From positions 10,425-74,424 of the forward strand of contig JAZDPX010000032.1 of NCBI GenBank assembly GCA_043797125.1: a DNA stretch of 64,000 bases, given 5' to 3'. A program made the translations under genes and the position numbers. The DNA is from Candidatus Omnitrophota bacterium (GTDB lineage: Bacteria; Omnitrophota; Gorgyraeia; JABMRG01; JAFGKX01). Positions 42,260 through 52,502 of the stretch are shown here, in pieces. Within the stretch, counting starts at the first letter, position 1; each line of letters begins with the position of its first letter. The notes below the pieces were generated by a model. It was not told where the DNA came from. It did not search any database and saw only the letters and a list, made by a program, of their open reading frames with translations.

Positions 42260-44457
42260 ACAAAGATACATACAGGGCGTTAGGCCTGACAGACACCGAG
42301 TATGAAAAGATTTTAAGCCTGTTAGGGCGTGTGCCGTCACCTACGGAACTGGCGATGTTTTCTGTCGAGTGGTCGGAACACTGCGGTTACCCGCGTTCGC
42401 GAAACCTTCTTAAATTATTGCCGAAAAAAGGAAAATACCAGGTCTTGATAGGAGAAGATTCGGGCGGCATTATAGTAGATGACCTGGCCATTGTCTTTAA
42501 AATGGAAAGCCACAATCACCCCTCGCAGGTAGAGCCGAAACAAGGCGCTGCCACAGGCGTAGGCGGAATAATAAGGGATATCTTTACAGCAGGCGCAAGG
42601 CCTATTGCTTCGTTGAATTCTTTAAGATTCGGGCCGTTAAGCGAACCATATAACAGGTATCTTTTAAAAGGCGTGGTTGACGGAATACAATTTTACGGCA
42701 ACTGCCTTGGCGTGCCTACCGTCGGCGGGGAGATATATTTTGACGAAAGCTATTCGGGAAATTGCCTTGTAAACGCAATGAGTATCGGCATAGCGAAAAA
42801 GGACTGCCTTGCAAGGGCAAAGGCCTTTGGTGTAGGCAACTCGATTATGTACGTGGGCTCAAGCACGGGAAAAGACGGTATCGGCGGATGCAGCGTTTTG
42901 GCGTCGAGTGAATTTAAAGAAGGCGAAGAAAAAAGGCCAACAGTCCAGATAGGCGACCCTTTTACGGAAAAATGTTTGATAGAAGCGACATTAGAGGCAT
43001 TAGCCACGGGCCACGTAATCGGAATCAAGGATATGGGCGCAGCAGGGCTCACCTGTTCAACAAGCGAAATGGCTCAAGCCGGAGGCTGCGGCATAGACAT
43101 GGACCTGGATAAAGTTCCGCGCAGGGAAGAAAACATGGAACCATGGGAAGTGATGATGTCCGAATCACAGGAGAGGATGCTGGTTTGCGTTAAAAAGGGA
43201 AAAGAAAAAGAAATAGAGAAGATTTTTCAAAAATGGGATTTACACGGTGTTGTTATTGGAAAGGTTACTACAGACGGCATTGTGACAATTAAAGATAAAG
43301 GCAATATTGTGGCCCAAGTAAAGGCAAATGATTTAACCAATGCCCCTGTCTATGATATGCCTTATGTAAAGCCAAGCTCCCTGGATGAAATTATAAAGTT
43401 GGATATGAAAACAATTCCCCAACCTGAAGATTATAATGAGGTATTAATTAAATTATTGGAGTCACCATCAATAGCCAGCAAAGAATGGGTTTATCAGCAA
43501 TATGACCACATGGTGCAGACAAACACAATATGCCTGCCTAATATGGGCGCTAGTGTAGTCAGGTTAAAAGGCACTAAAAAGGCAATTGCAGCTACCACTG
43601 ACTGCAACAGCAGATATTGTTTTTTAAATCCCCATAGAGGCGCGCAGATTGCGATAGTGGAAGCGGCGAGAAATTTAGTAGCAGTCGGCGCAGAGCCTGC
43701 GGCAGTTACAGATTGCCTTAATTTTGGAAATCCTGAGAAACCTGACAGATTCTGGTATTTTAAGAATTGCGTAGAGGGTATTATAGATGCCTGTAAGGCA
43801 TTTAATATTCCAGTTGTAAGCGGCAACGTCTCGTTTTACAATGAAAACCCAAGAGGCGCTATTTACCCGACGCCTTCAATAGGAATGATCGGAATCATAG
43901 ATGATGTTAGCAGGGTCTGCACTCAGAATTTCAAAGACAAGGCCGATATAATAATGCTTTTGGGCGATTGCAAGGAAGAATTAGGCGCAAGCGAATATTT
44001 AAAGCAGGTTCACGGCCTTGTCAGAGGCGATGCGCCAAGCCTGGATTTGGCTTCGGAAAAAAATATCCAAAATGCAGCGCTTAAAATGATAAGAAACGGC
44101 CTTGTAAAATCCGCTCACGACTGCTCTGAAGGCGGATTAGCCGTTGCCATTTCAGAATGCTGCATAAGCGACAAAGAAAACATGATAGGCGCGGTGATTA
44201 ATAATCTTCCCTTTGATATCAGGAAGGACGCGCTTTTATTCGGAGAAACGCAGTCGCGCATTATCTTAAGCTGCAGTATGGATTGCGTTGATAAGATAAA
44301 AAAGACTGCCAAAGATAATGATGCCTCGCTGCATATAATAGGCACAGTCGGCGGCGATGTTTTAAAAATTTCAGCTAAACAAAAAGAGCTGATAAATATG
44401 CCTGTTGAAAAATTACATGACAGCTGGAGTAATTCTTTGAGGAAAATGATTGGTTGA
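42238..44457 (+). CDS. purL: FGAM synthase PurL
   Basis: WSEHC, ESHNHPS, DMGAAG, SESQERM, CLNFGNP and HDCSEGG motifs. Confidence 0.96.
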   Translation: MVKTKAIDKDTYRALGLTDTEYEKILSLLGRVPSPTELAMFSVEWSEHCGYPRSRNLLKLLPKKGKYQVLIGEDSGGIIVDDLAIVFKMESHNHPSQVEPKQGAATGVGGIIRDIFTAGARPIASLNSLRFGPLSEPYNRYLLKGVVDGIQFYGNCLGVPTVGGEIYFDESYSGNCLVNAMSIGIAKKDCLARAKAFGVGNSIMYVGSSTGKDGIGGCSVLASSEFKEGEEKRPTVQIGDPFTEKCLIEATLEALATGHVIGIKDMGAAGLTCSTSEMAQAGGCGIDMDLDKVPRREENMEPWEVMMSESQERMLVCVKKGKEKEIEKIFQKWDLHGVVIGKVTTDGIVTIKDKGNIVAQVKANDLTNAPVYDMPYVKPSSLDEIIKLDMKTIPQPEDYNEVLIKLLESPSIASKEWVYQQYDHMVQTNTICLPNMGASVVRLKGTKKAIAATTDCNSRYCFLNPHRGAQIAIVEAARNLVAVGAEPAAVTDCLNFGNPEKPDRFWYFKNCVEGIIDACKAFNIPVVSGNVSFYNENPRGAIYPTPSIGMIGIIDDVSRVCTQNFKDKADIIMLLGDCKEELGASEYLKQVHGLVRGDAPSLDLASEKNIQNAALKMIRNGLVKSAHDCSEGGLAVAISECCISDKENMIGAVINNLPFDIRKDALLFGETQSRIILSCSMDCVDKIKKTAKDNDASLHIIGTVGGDVLKISAKQKELINMPVEKLHDSWSNSLRKMIG

Positions 44458-44458
44458 G

Positions 44459-44541
44459 CGCAGATGATCACAGATTGAAAGACACAGATGATCACAGATA
44501 TCTGCGATCATCTTGTATCCTTTAATCTGTGATAATCTGCG
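44459..44541. repeat. CACAGAT array followed by an inverted ATCTGYG array
   Basis: cgcagatgat cacagat ... cacagatgat cacagat atctgcg ... atctgtg ata atctgcg. Confidence 0.8.
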
Positions 44542-44562
44542 TTAAAAAAATTATTTTAAAAA

Positions 44563-45186
44563 ATGATAGCGGTAATTGATTACGGCTTAGGAAATATAAG
44601 AAGCGTCTCAAAGGCCCTGGAGAGAGTCGGAGCTAAAGTAAAAGTAACTGACTCACCCGGCGAAATAGCCAAGGCCGAGGCGCTGGTGTTTCCCGGCGTA
44701 GGGGCTTTTCGCACCGGAATGAAGAACCTTAAAGAAAAAGGAATACTCGCCGCAATACTTGATGCCGTAAAAAAAGATAAGCCGTTTTTAGGGATATGCC
44801 TGGGGTTTCAGCTTCTTTTCAGCGAAAGCGAAGAACATGGGCCGACGAAAGGCCTGGATATTATTAAAGGAAAAGTAATAAGGTTTACGGGCAAAGTTAA
44901 AGTGCCGCATATGGGATGGAATACTGTAAAGCTTCAAAGCCCACAGCCCACAGCCCACAGCCCACAGCTATTTGATAATATCCCAAATGACTCCTATTTC
45001 TACTTTGTGCATTCGTATTACGCTGTGCCAGAGGATAAAAGCGTTGTAATCGCAACCACAAAATACGGGATAGAGTTTGCTTCAGTCGTAAATAAGGGCA
45101 ATGTCTGGGGGGTGCAGTTTCATCCCGAGAAAAGCTCTGATTTTGGGTTAAAGATATTGGAGAATTTTGTTAAAAATGTTAGCTAA
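44563..45186 (+). CDS. hisH: IGP synthase glutaminase subunit with a heptamer-derived insert
   Basis: DYGLGN, PGVGAF, GICLG, YFVHSY and QFHPEKS motifs; insert [10 protein letters not shown]. Confidence 0.96.
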   Translation: MIAVIDYGLGNIRSVSKALERVGAKVKVTDSPGEIAKAEALVFPGVGAFRTGMKNLKEKGILAAILDAVKKDKPFLGICLGFQLLFSESEEHGPTKGLDIIKGKVIRFTGKVKVPHMGWNTVKLQSPQPTAHSPQLFDNIPNDSYFYFVHSYYAVPEDKSVVIATTKYGIEFASVVNKGNVWGVQFHPEKSSDFGLKILENFVKNVS

Positions 45187-45967
45187 AAGAATCATCCCAT
45201 GCCTTGATGTAAAAGACGGCCGCGTGGTAAAGGGGATAAACTTCATTAATTTAAAAGACGCAGGAGACCCTGTTGAATGCGCCGCAGCCTATAGCAAGGA
45301 AGGCGCTGACGAACTTGTATTTCTGGATATAACAGCAAGCCACGAGGCAAGAAAGACAATGCTTGAGGTTGTGCGAAAGACAGCGGAACAGGTGTTTATT
45401 CCTTTTACGGTCGGCGGCGGCATATCAAGTATCGAGGATATAAGACTGCTTCTAAAGACCGGCGCAGATAAGATTTCAATAAATACAGCAGCTGTCGAGA
45501 ACCCGGATTTGATTAAGCAGGGCGCCGAAGCGTTTGGGAGTCAATGTATAGTTGTTGCTATAGACGCGAAAGAACAAAAGCCAGGACCATCGACCATCGA
45601 CCATCGACCATCAACTAAAACATGGGAAGTATATACTCATGGGGGAAGAAAGCCTACTGGAATCGACGCTATAGAGTGGGCCAAGAAGGCCGAGAGCTTA
45701 GGCGCTGGCGAGATTTTACTTACAAGTATGGATAGAGACGGCACAAAAGACGGTTATGATTTAAAATTGACGCGCGCTATTTGCGAAGCTGTTAATATTC
45801 CTGTAATCGCATCAGGCGGGGCAGGGACTTTGCAGCATTTATGCGATGCGTTGTCAAAAGGTAAAGCAGACGCAGCTCTTGCAGCTTCGATTTTTCACTA
45901 CGGAGAATATTCTATTAAGGAAGCGAAGGGGTATCTTAGGAAACAGGGGATAGAAATCAGGGTTTAA
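45176..45967 (+). CDS. hisF: IGP synthase cyclase subunit with a heptamer-derived insert
   Basis: [23 protein letters not shown] and ASGGAG motifs; insert [10 protein letters not shown]. Confidence 0.97.
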   Translation: MLAKRIIPCLDVKDGRVVKGINFINLKDAGDPVECAAAYSKEGADELVFLDITASHEARKTMLEVVRKTAEQVFIPFTVGGGISSIEDIRLLLKTGADKISINTAAVENPDLIKQGAEAFGSQCIVVAIDAKEQKPGPSTIDHRPSTKTWEVYTHGGRKPTGIDAIEWAKKAESLGAGEILLTSMDRDGTKDGYDLKLTRAICEAVNIPVIASGGAGTLQHLCDALSKGKADAALAASIFHYGEYSIKEAKGYLRKQGIEIRV

Positions 45968-46085
45968 AATTAAAAATTCAAAATGCAAAATGCAAAATTG
46001 CAATTTAAAATTCAAAAACTGGAGTTTTTTAATTTTTAATTGAAATTTTACATTTTTACTTTTTAATTTTGAATTTCAAAATTTA
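45965..46085. repeat. AAAATKC heptamer array followed by an inverted array
   Basis: aaaattc aaaatgc aaaatgc ... aaatttt acatttt ... taatttt gaatttc; same unit at about 15166-15193. Confidence 0.75.
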
Positions 46086-46101
46086 CGGAGTAAACTGGAC
46101 A

Positions 46102-47472
46102 ATGTGCGGTATATTCGGAATACACGGCCATAAAGAAGCTGCGAGGCTTACTTACCTGGGGCTTTACGCGCTGCAGCACAGAGGCGAGGAAAGCGCAGGC
46201 ATAGTTACATACGTAAATAAAAACATCAAATACCATAAAGGCATGGGCCTTGTAAGCGACGTATTTGATGAACGCGCTATTAAGTCCTTGCGCGGTGATT
46301 TTGCCGTAGGCCATGTGCGTTATTCCACCACAGGTTCAAGCATAGCAAAAAACATACAGCCGTTTTTTATACACCATAAAAAAGGTTATATCGCGATTGC
46401 CCACAACGGTAATCTTACAAATGCTCATAAACTGCGCCAGGATATGGAAGGCCAGGGCTCTATTTTTCAGACTACAATAGACTCGGAGATAATAGCGCAT
46501 CTTTTTGCCAAGTCAGCAGAAAGTACCATGCAGGATATCGTAACCGATGCGCTGCTTAAACTTGAAGGCGCATATTCACTGGTTCTTATGTTTAACGACG
46601 TCTTGATAGGCGCAAGGGACCCGCGCGGTTTCAGGCCTCTATGTTTGGGAAAGATAGACGGGGCATATGTCCTTGCAAGCGAGACCTGCGCCTTAGACCT
46701 TGTGCATGCCGACTATATACGGGATATTGAGCCCGGCGAGATAGTCTTTATAAGCAAAGATACAATAAAATCAATTAAGCCTTTCGGGAAATGCAGGAAT
46801 TCATGCTGCATATTTGAGTTTATCTATTTTGCGAGGCCTGACAGCAACATATTCGGCGCTAATGTATACAAGGCAAGAAAGCGCTTGGGCGAGCAGCTTG
46901 CTAAAGAGCATCCTGCGCAATGCGACTTAGTCATGTCTATACCTGATTCGGGAAATTACGCCGCCGTAGGTTTTGCCCAGAAATCAAAGATGCCGCTTGA
47001 AGTCGGGATGATAAGAAACCATTATATAGGAAGGACATTTATACAACCCTCGCAATTTTTACGGGATTTCAGGGTAAAGATAAAGCTCAATCCCATCAAG
47101 GATGTTATAAAAGGAAAACGTATTGCGGTTGTGGAAGATTCCATTGTGCGCGGCACGACAAGCAAGGCCAGGATAAAGACGTTAAAAGACGCAAAAACCA
47201 AAAAGATTCATATGCGTATCAGCTGTCCTCCAATTAAATTTCCGTGCTTTTACGGTATAGACTTTCCGACTAAAAGAGAGCTGATAGCGTCAAAATACAG
47301 CGTAAACCAGATAGGAAATTTTATAGGAGTGGATACCCTGAAGTATCTAAGCTTAAAAGGCATGTTAAAAGCGATGCCGCTTGAAGAAAATAAATTCTGC
47401 ACGGCATGTTTTAGCGGGGATTATCCTACGCAAGTGTCGAAAAACATCACAAAAAATATTTTAGAAAAATAA
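46102..47472 (+). CDS. purF: Amidophosphoribosyltransferase
   Basis: MCGIFG, LQHRG, GHVRYST, AHNGN, VEDSIVRGTT and Fe-S cysteines. Confidence 0.97.
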   Translation: MCGIFGIHGHKEAARLTYLGLYALQHRGEESAGIVTYVNKNIKYHKGMGLVSDVFDERAIKSLRGDFAVGHVRYSTTGSSIAKNIQPFFIHHKKGYIAIAHNGNLTNAHKLRQDMEGQGSIFQTTIDSEIIAHLFAKSAESTMQDIVTDALLKLEGAYSLVLMFNDVLIGARDPRGFRPLCLGKIDGAYVLASETCALDLVHADYIRDIEPGEIVFISKDTIKSIKPFGKCRNSCCIFEFIYFARPDSNIFGANVYKARKRLGEQLAKEHPAQCDLVMSIPDSGNYAAVGFAQKSKMPLEVGMIRNHYIGRTFIQPSQFLRDFRVKIKLNPIKDVIKGKRIAVVEDSIVRGTTSKARIKTLKDAKTKKIHMRISCPPIKFPCFYGIDFPTKRELIASKYSVNQIGNFIGVDTLKYLSLKGMLKAMPLEENKFCTACFSGDYPTQVSKNITKNILEK

Positions 47473-47487
47473 AAGAAGGGCTTTACC

Positions 47488-49008
47488 ATGTTGAACAAAA
47501 CAGGGTTTGATAATTACAAATATTTAAAAGAACAGACAGAGGCTATCCTAAAGAGGGTAGAAAAATTTAATGACAAACTGTATCTTGAATTCGGAGGCAA
47601 GCTTATTTTTGATTATCACGCCGCAAGGGTCCTGCCCGGTTTTGACCCAAACGTGAAAATAAGGCTGTTGCAGCAGCTTAAGGATAAGGCGGATATAATA
47701 CTTTGTATTTTCGCGGGAGATATAGAAAGAAGAAAGGTAAGGGCTGATTTCGGCATTACCTATGATGTTGACGCGCTTAAACTGATAGATGATTTAAGAA
47801 AATGGCATATTGAGATATGCGCCGTGGTGATAACGCGTTTTAATAACCAGCCGGCGGCAAAAATATTCAAGAATAAATTAGAAAGAAGAGGCATAAAAGT
47901 ATATACCCACGCTGCTACAAAAGGGTACCCGAAAGATGTCGATTTAATAGTGAGCAATAAAGGCTACGGAGCGAATCAGTATATAGAGACTAAAAAGCCG
48001 CTGGTTATTGTCACCGGCCCGGGGCCGGGAAGCGGCAAATTAGCCACTTGCCTTTCGCAGCTTTACCATGATTATAAGAAGGGTAAAATGAGCGGATACG
48101 CGAAATTTGAAACATTTCCGATATGGAATCTGCCCCTGGAACATCCTGTAAATGTTGCTTATGAAGCAGCTACAGCTGATATCGGAGACTTTAACCAGAT
48201 AGACACATTTCATTTAAAGGCCTACAAGAAAAAGACAGTCAATTATAACCGCGACGTAGAAATATTTCCCGTAATAAGGAAGATACTTTTGAAGATAATG
48301 AAGACCAAAAAGCCGATATATAATTCTCCTACGGATATGGGCGTAAACCGCGCAGGATTCGGAATTACTGATGATAAAATAGTCAGGGAGGCTGCAAAAC
48401 AGGAGGTTATAAGGCGTTATTTCAGGTATAACTGCGAATACCTGATGGGATTTGTGGAAAAGGACGCTGTCGAAAGGCTGGAGTCACTGATGAAAAGGCT
48501 TAAGCTCAAACCGCAGGACAGAAACGTCGTTGAACCCGCGCGAGTTGCTGCTGAAGACGCGAAAAACAAAAATAAAGGAAACGAGGGAATTTTTTGCGGC
48601 TCTGCAATCGAGCTTAAAGACGGCACGATCGTTACAGGAAAAAATTCTGAGCTTCTTCACGCCGCATCAAGCCTTATCTTAAACGCGGTAAAAAAATTGG
48701 CGGAGCTGCCGGATAAAATACACCTTCTATCACCCAGCACAATAGATGCAATAGGTGTTTTAAAAAAGAGCATCTCAAACGCAAAGAGCGTAAACCTCGA
48801 TTTGGAAGAAGCGTTGATAGCCCTTAGCATAAGCGCGTCAACAAATACGGCTGCGCAGCTTGCCATGGAAAAATTAAACCAACTGCAGGACTGCGAAGTG
48901 CATATGACCCACATGCCTACGCCAGGGGATGAAACAGGATTAAGAAGGCTCGGGGTTAATCTTACGACAGATGCTAATTTCTCCAGCAAAAGCCTTTTTG
49001 TGGTATAA
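47488..49008 (+). CDS. DUF1846 family protein
   Basis: KLYLEFGGKL.DYHAARVLPGFD, GPGSGKLATCLSQLYH and YAKFETFP motifs. Confidence 0.85.
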   Translation: MLNKTGFDNYKYLKEQTEAILKRVEKFNDKLYLEFGGKLIFDYHAARVLPGFDPNVKIRLLQQLKDKADIILCIFAGDIERRKVRADFGITYDVDALKLIDDLRKWHIEICAVVITRFNNQPAAKIFKNKLERRGIKVYTHAATKGYPKDVDLIVSNKGYGANQYIETKKPLVIVTGPGPGSGKLATCLSQLYHDYKKGKMSGYAKFETFPIWNLPLEHPVNVAYEAATADIGDFNQIDTFHLKAYKKKTVNYNRDVEIFPVIRKILLKIMKTKKPIYNSPTDMGVNRAGFGITDDKIVREAAKQEVIRRYFRYNCEYLMGFVEKDAVERLESLMKRLKLKPQDRNVVEPARVAAEDAKNKNKGNEGIFCGSAIELKDGTIVTGKNSELLHAASSLILNAVKKLAELPDKIHLLSPSTIDAIGVLKKSISNAKSVNLDLEEALIALSISASTNTAAQLAMEKLNQLQDCEVHMTHMPTPGDETGLRRLGVNLTTDANFSSKSLFVV

Positions 49009-49019
49009 TAAATACCGAT

Positions 49020-49742
49020 ATGGCAAAGACTAAAAAGACACATACAAAAGAATCAGATACCGGCAAGCAAGTGATAGGCGCCTTAGCCAAAATAAGCGAG
49101 GTTATTACCTCCGATCTGTATCTTGAAGATATTCTAAAATTAATAGTTAATGTCACTGCCGAGGCAATGGGCTCCAAGATATGTTCTCTTATGCTGCTGG
49201 ACAAGGGAGGTAATGAGCTTTCAGTCAAGGCCACGCAGTCTGTGAGCGAAAGATATAATAAAAAACCTAATATAAAATTGGGTCAAGGCATAGCCAGCAT
49301 AGTGGCTAAAACAGGCGAGCCCATTACATCCGCGGACGTAAGAAAAGACGAGCGTTATTTAAGCCGCGATGTAGCGATAAAAGAGAAACTTTGTTCTTTA
49401 TTATGCGTGCCTTTGATTTTTAAAAAGAGGGTCATAGGCGTGCTTAACTGCTATACAGCAAAGCCGCATCGTTTTACGCAGAATGAGATAAGCGTGATAA
49501 AATCCGTTGCGAATCAGGCTGCCATTGTTATCGAGAATTTCAGGCTGGTTATTGAGTCCAAGGTAATAAAAGAAGAGCTTGAGGCCAGGAAGATAATAGA
49601 AAAGGCCAAAGGCATCTTAATGAAGCGCGAGAATTTATCCGAGCAGGACGCCTACCAGAAAATCCGAAAATACAGCATGGATAACCGCAAGTCCATGCGT
49701 GAAGTTTCCGAAGCGATTGTGCTAAGTGAAGAGATAAAATGA
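49020..49742 (+). CDS. GAF plus ANTAR domain RNA-binding antiterminator
   Basis: GAF domain (SLLCVPL..GVLNCY..F); ANTAR 'RKIIEKAKGILM...AY..IR..SMD.RKSM.EV.EAI'. Confidence 0.92.
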   Translation: MAKTKKTHTKESDTGKQVIGALAKISEVITSDLYLEDILKLIVNVTAEAMGSKICSLMLLDKGGNELSVKATQSVSERYNKKPNIKLGQGIASIVAKTGEPITSADVRKDERYLSRDVAIKEKLCSLLCVPLIFKKRVIGVLNCYTAKPHRFTQNEISVIKSVANQAAIVIENFRLVIESKVIKEELEARKIIEKAKGILMKRENLSEQDAYQKIRKYSMDNRKSMREVSEAIVLSEEIK

Positions 49743-49830
49743 CTTAGCAGGCCTTAAGGCCTGCTAAGTCATTCCCGCGGAAGCGGGGATCTATCTTTTG
49801 CGTGCTTGCTTTCGCTTGTCGCTCGCAAAA
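49738..49830. repeat. 36-bp CTTAAG palindrome, dRS3-like unit and fold-back fragment between convergent genes
   Basis: aatgacttagcaggccttaaggcctgctaagtcatt; gtcattcccgcggaagcggggat; ttcgcttgtcgctcgcaaaaa (compare 53931). Confidence 0.8.
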
Positions 49831-49838
49831 ATTGGATG

Positions 49839-51626
49839 CTATGCGGCGGAGTCGATGGCTGCATAGGAAGAAATCTTTTCAGTGGGTATGGTATCTATTA
49901 ATTTTTCTAGCGCAACGATTGCTTGTTGTATTTCAGGCACGATTTCTCTTAATGCCTGCATTTTATGTTTTGCATCATCACTTTTACAAAAAGTCTGATA
50001 CAGGATGTAGCGAAAAGCACTATTGGGAGGGATATGATCATTTTCTGTATTTACAAAACCAAAAATTTTTTCATATTTAGAAAAGTCTTTTTCTTCAACA
50101 AAATCAACAAAAGGCCGAAGAGCTAAGCTAAATTCCTCAATAATTTGCTTAGCTAAAATACTATTTTTTCTTAGTATTGAGGGGCTATTCTGACCATTGC
50201 AAATATCTTGCTTTATTCTAGATAATCTCTCTTTGGAGAAAAGCCCTCTGTATACAATAACATGCTCTGCGCTTGTGTGAAATTTATCATTATTCCTATC
50301 CTGCGGGCTTCCTTTTACCCAAAAATCAAGTGGAGGTATTAGATTCATCAAGCTTTCATAGAGCTCTTCAGCATACATAAGCTGTGCCTGTACGTTTTCA
50401 AGTGACGAAGCTTTTTTTAGCTTTGGTTTTTTAGGAAAGTTAAAACCGCAAGGCAGCTTTATTATAACTGTCGTACCTTTGCCAAGTTTTGATTTTACAT
50501 CAACCGTGCCGCCAATATCTTTAATAATATAATAGGCTGCTGTAGCGCCAATTCCTGTATGGGTTTCCATATAGCAGCTGTTGCGTTCTTTACTTTCATT
50601 TATATTAAATAAAGCCGGCCTTTCCATGATACAGTCATGTTTTAAAAAATCCTCTGAAACGCCGCCTCCTTTGTCTGTAATTTGTATTTTCACAAAGTTG
50701 CCATTTTTCGTTATTCGCATTGTGACCGTACTATGTTCATAATTTGTTGTTGAAAAATCTATGGCATTTTCAACGATTAATTCTATGGCGCCCTGTAGCA
50801 TTACATCGTTGCAATAAATGTCTACAGGATTCTTTAAATTATTTTTTATTTTTAATTCCACATCCCCACTTACCACCTTGTCGTAGCGTTTTTTGACCCT
50901 TTCATTTACATTCTTTATAATTTCGCTAATAGAATGATGTTTATAGCTGTGTTTATATCCCTGCGGGAAATCTATAATAGGTAATGATGCCTCTAAAATA
51001 ATATTCAAATTTGTTAAAATAAATGTAAACACATCAATCCTGTCAGGTTCTTCTTTGTCTTCGAAAAAAAACTGACTTTTTAGAAAATCATCTGCGAGAA
51101 CTTCTCTAAGGATTTTCTCCATGTTTCTTTTAACTAGTATGATATTTCTTCGTTCGTTAAATAGTATGTCATTATATTTAGTCAAGTCCGATGAAGCAGT
51201 TGCATAATTTAAGGAATCCTCTCCCGCTTTTTCTAGCATGCTCCTTAAATTTTCATTGTGTTTAAAATATAGTTCAGTCGTTTCTTTAACCATATCATAC
51301 ATATTATAAAAATGTCTGCTTTTACCTGACCCCTCCTCCCAATAATCATACCATCTATTGCACGAACCCATTAAGGAACCCATGCGCGCAGATGTATTAT
51401 GGTAAGCTTCAGGTATTCCGAAAATGTTAGCCGTAGGTAAACTCAAAAGTCGTATTGCTACAATAAAACGTTCTATATCTTCTCGTTTTTCCTTTGGTAA
51501 AGTATAGAATTTTTCTTTTGGTGAGAGTTTTTTCAAAGAGAGGTTATTTGCTATCGGTCGTAGTGAATAAGCAGACTGCGGCATTGTTAATATAATAAGC
51601 AGTATAATTGTTATGATTTTCCTCAC
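49839..51626 (-). CDS. Signal-peptide-bearing protein with a histidine-kinase-like HATPase_c domain
   Basis: ENAIDF, ITDKGGGV, TGIG and GKGTT boxes; leader ...AYS|LRPIA; ends IDSAA. Confidence 0.7.
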   Translation of the reverse strand: MRKIITIILLIILTMPQSAYSLRPIANNLSLKKLSPKEKFYTLPKEKREDIERFIVAIRLLSLPTANIFGIPEAYHNTSARMGSLMGSCNRWYDYWEEGSGKSRHFYNMYDMVKETTELYFKHNENLRSMLEKAGEDSLNYATASSDLTKYNDILFNERRNIILVKRNMEKILREVLADDFLKSQFFFEDKEEPDRIDVFTFILTNLNIILEASLPIIDFPQGYKHSYKHHSISEIIKNVNERVKKRYDKVVSGDVELKIKNNLKNPVDIYCNDVMLQGAIELIVENAIDFSTTNYEHSTVTMRITKNGNFVKIQITDKGGGVSEDFLKHDCIMERPALFNINESKERNSCYMETHTGIGATAAYYIIKDIGGTVDVKSKLGKGTTVIIKLPCGFNFPKKPKLKKASSLENVQAQLMYAEELYESLMNLIPPLDFWVKGSPQDRNNDKFHTSAEHVIVYRGLFSKERLSRIKQDICNGQNSPSILRKNSILAKQIIEEFSLALRPFVDFVEEKDFSKYEKIFGFVNTENDHIPPNSAFRYILYQTFCKSDDAKHKMQALREIVPEIQQAIVALEKLIDTIPTEKISSYAAIDSAA

Positions 51627-51752
51627 GGCATAGCCCTTTAACTTCGTAACACCTTTAATTAAATGTCTTAATTAAGCCGAAAATACTAAATCCCATAGGT
51701 AGAAACTTCAAAGAAGTTCTACCTATGGGACCCTTTTCAAAATTACATCCAT

Positions 51753-51781
51753 ATTATAGCATATGAGAGTAGCATATTCAA
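51753..51781 (-). promoter_or_regulatory. Sigma-70 promoter for the HATPase gene, followed by a 40-nt hairpin (51691-51730)
   Basis: Minus strand TTGAAT-N17-TATAAT with extended -10 TG. Confidence 0.6.
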
Positions 51782-52366
51782 GGAAATAAAAATAATAGTC
51801 TGTGCCAAGACATGCCCCGCTTCTTAAATCTATGGGCGATGAACTTGTCGACGTTAGATTCCATGGCTCCTGAGCCCTTTATACGGCGCCTTATTGTTTT
51901 ATCTTCTATTCGCTTTATGGGGTTTATGCCTTGGCGGTTCTGATCTATATATACGTAAAGATCATTTATGGAATCCTTCATTCTTATGTCCTTTGTCCTG
52001 GTAAGTATTCTCTTTATAGTGGAAAGCGCTTTGTCTATCTGGTCTTTCTTTATGAGGTCATTTATCTTAAGCTGCATATCTGGCCTTTTAGAGAGGGCGC
52101 GCTTTATGTTTCTTTTTAAGTGGAACTTGCTTAGGATATATATGGCGCCTGGGAAGCAATCTTTAATCCCGGCTGTTATATACGCGCCTCCATCTCCGCC
52201 GAATATAACCGCTTTTGAGCTTGAGAGCCGGAGTTTCTTTTCGGCGATGAGGCTTAAGTTTTCCATGAAGAGACGCCCTTTTTCAATGCCGGAATATGTA
52301 AACTTATTCTTAAGCTTTAATGAGGCGTCAAAGCCGGCATTGTAGCGCTTGACTTTGCTGCCCCAA
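51778..52366 (-). pseudogene. Truncated ISLre2/UPF0236-family transposase
   Basis: GDG..YI, FHL, GSGAMES and RFKKRGMSW motifs; both ends missing. Confidence 0.75.
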
Positions 52367-52368
52367 TC

Positions 52369-52493
52369 TTATTAAAGAAGTAGTGATATTTTTTTAATAA
52401 CAAAGCGTAAACAAGTCTACTGTTAAAGCACGCTTTAACAGTATTTGTTTTTATTAAAGAAAACTTGACATTTCTTTAATAGTAATGTATAAT
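52369..52493 (+). promoter_or_regulatory. Fic promoter with two 32-bp operator-like inverted repeats
   Basis: TTGACA(52465)-N17-TATAAT(52488); TTATTAAAGAA-N10-TTYTTTAATAR at 52369-52400 and 52451-52482. Confidence 0.7.
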
Positions 52494-52502
52494 TTCTATG
52501 CT

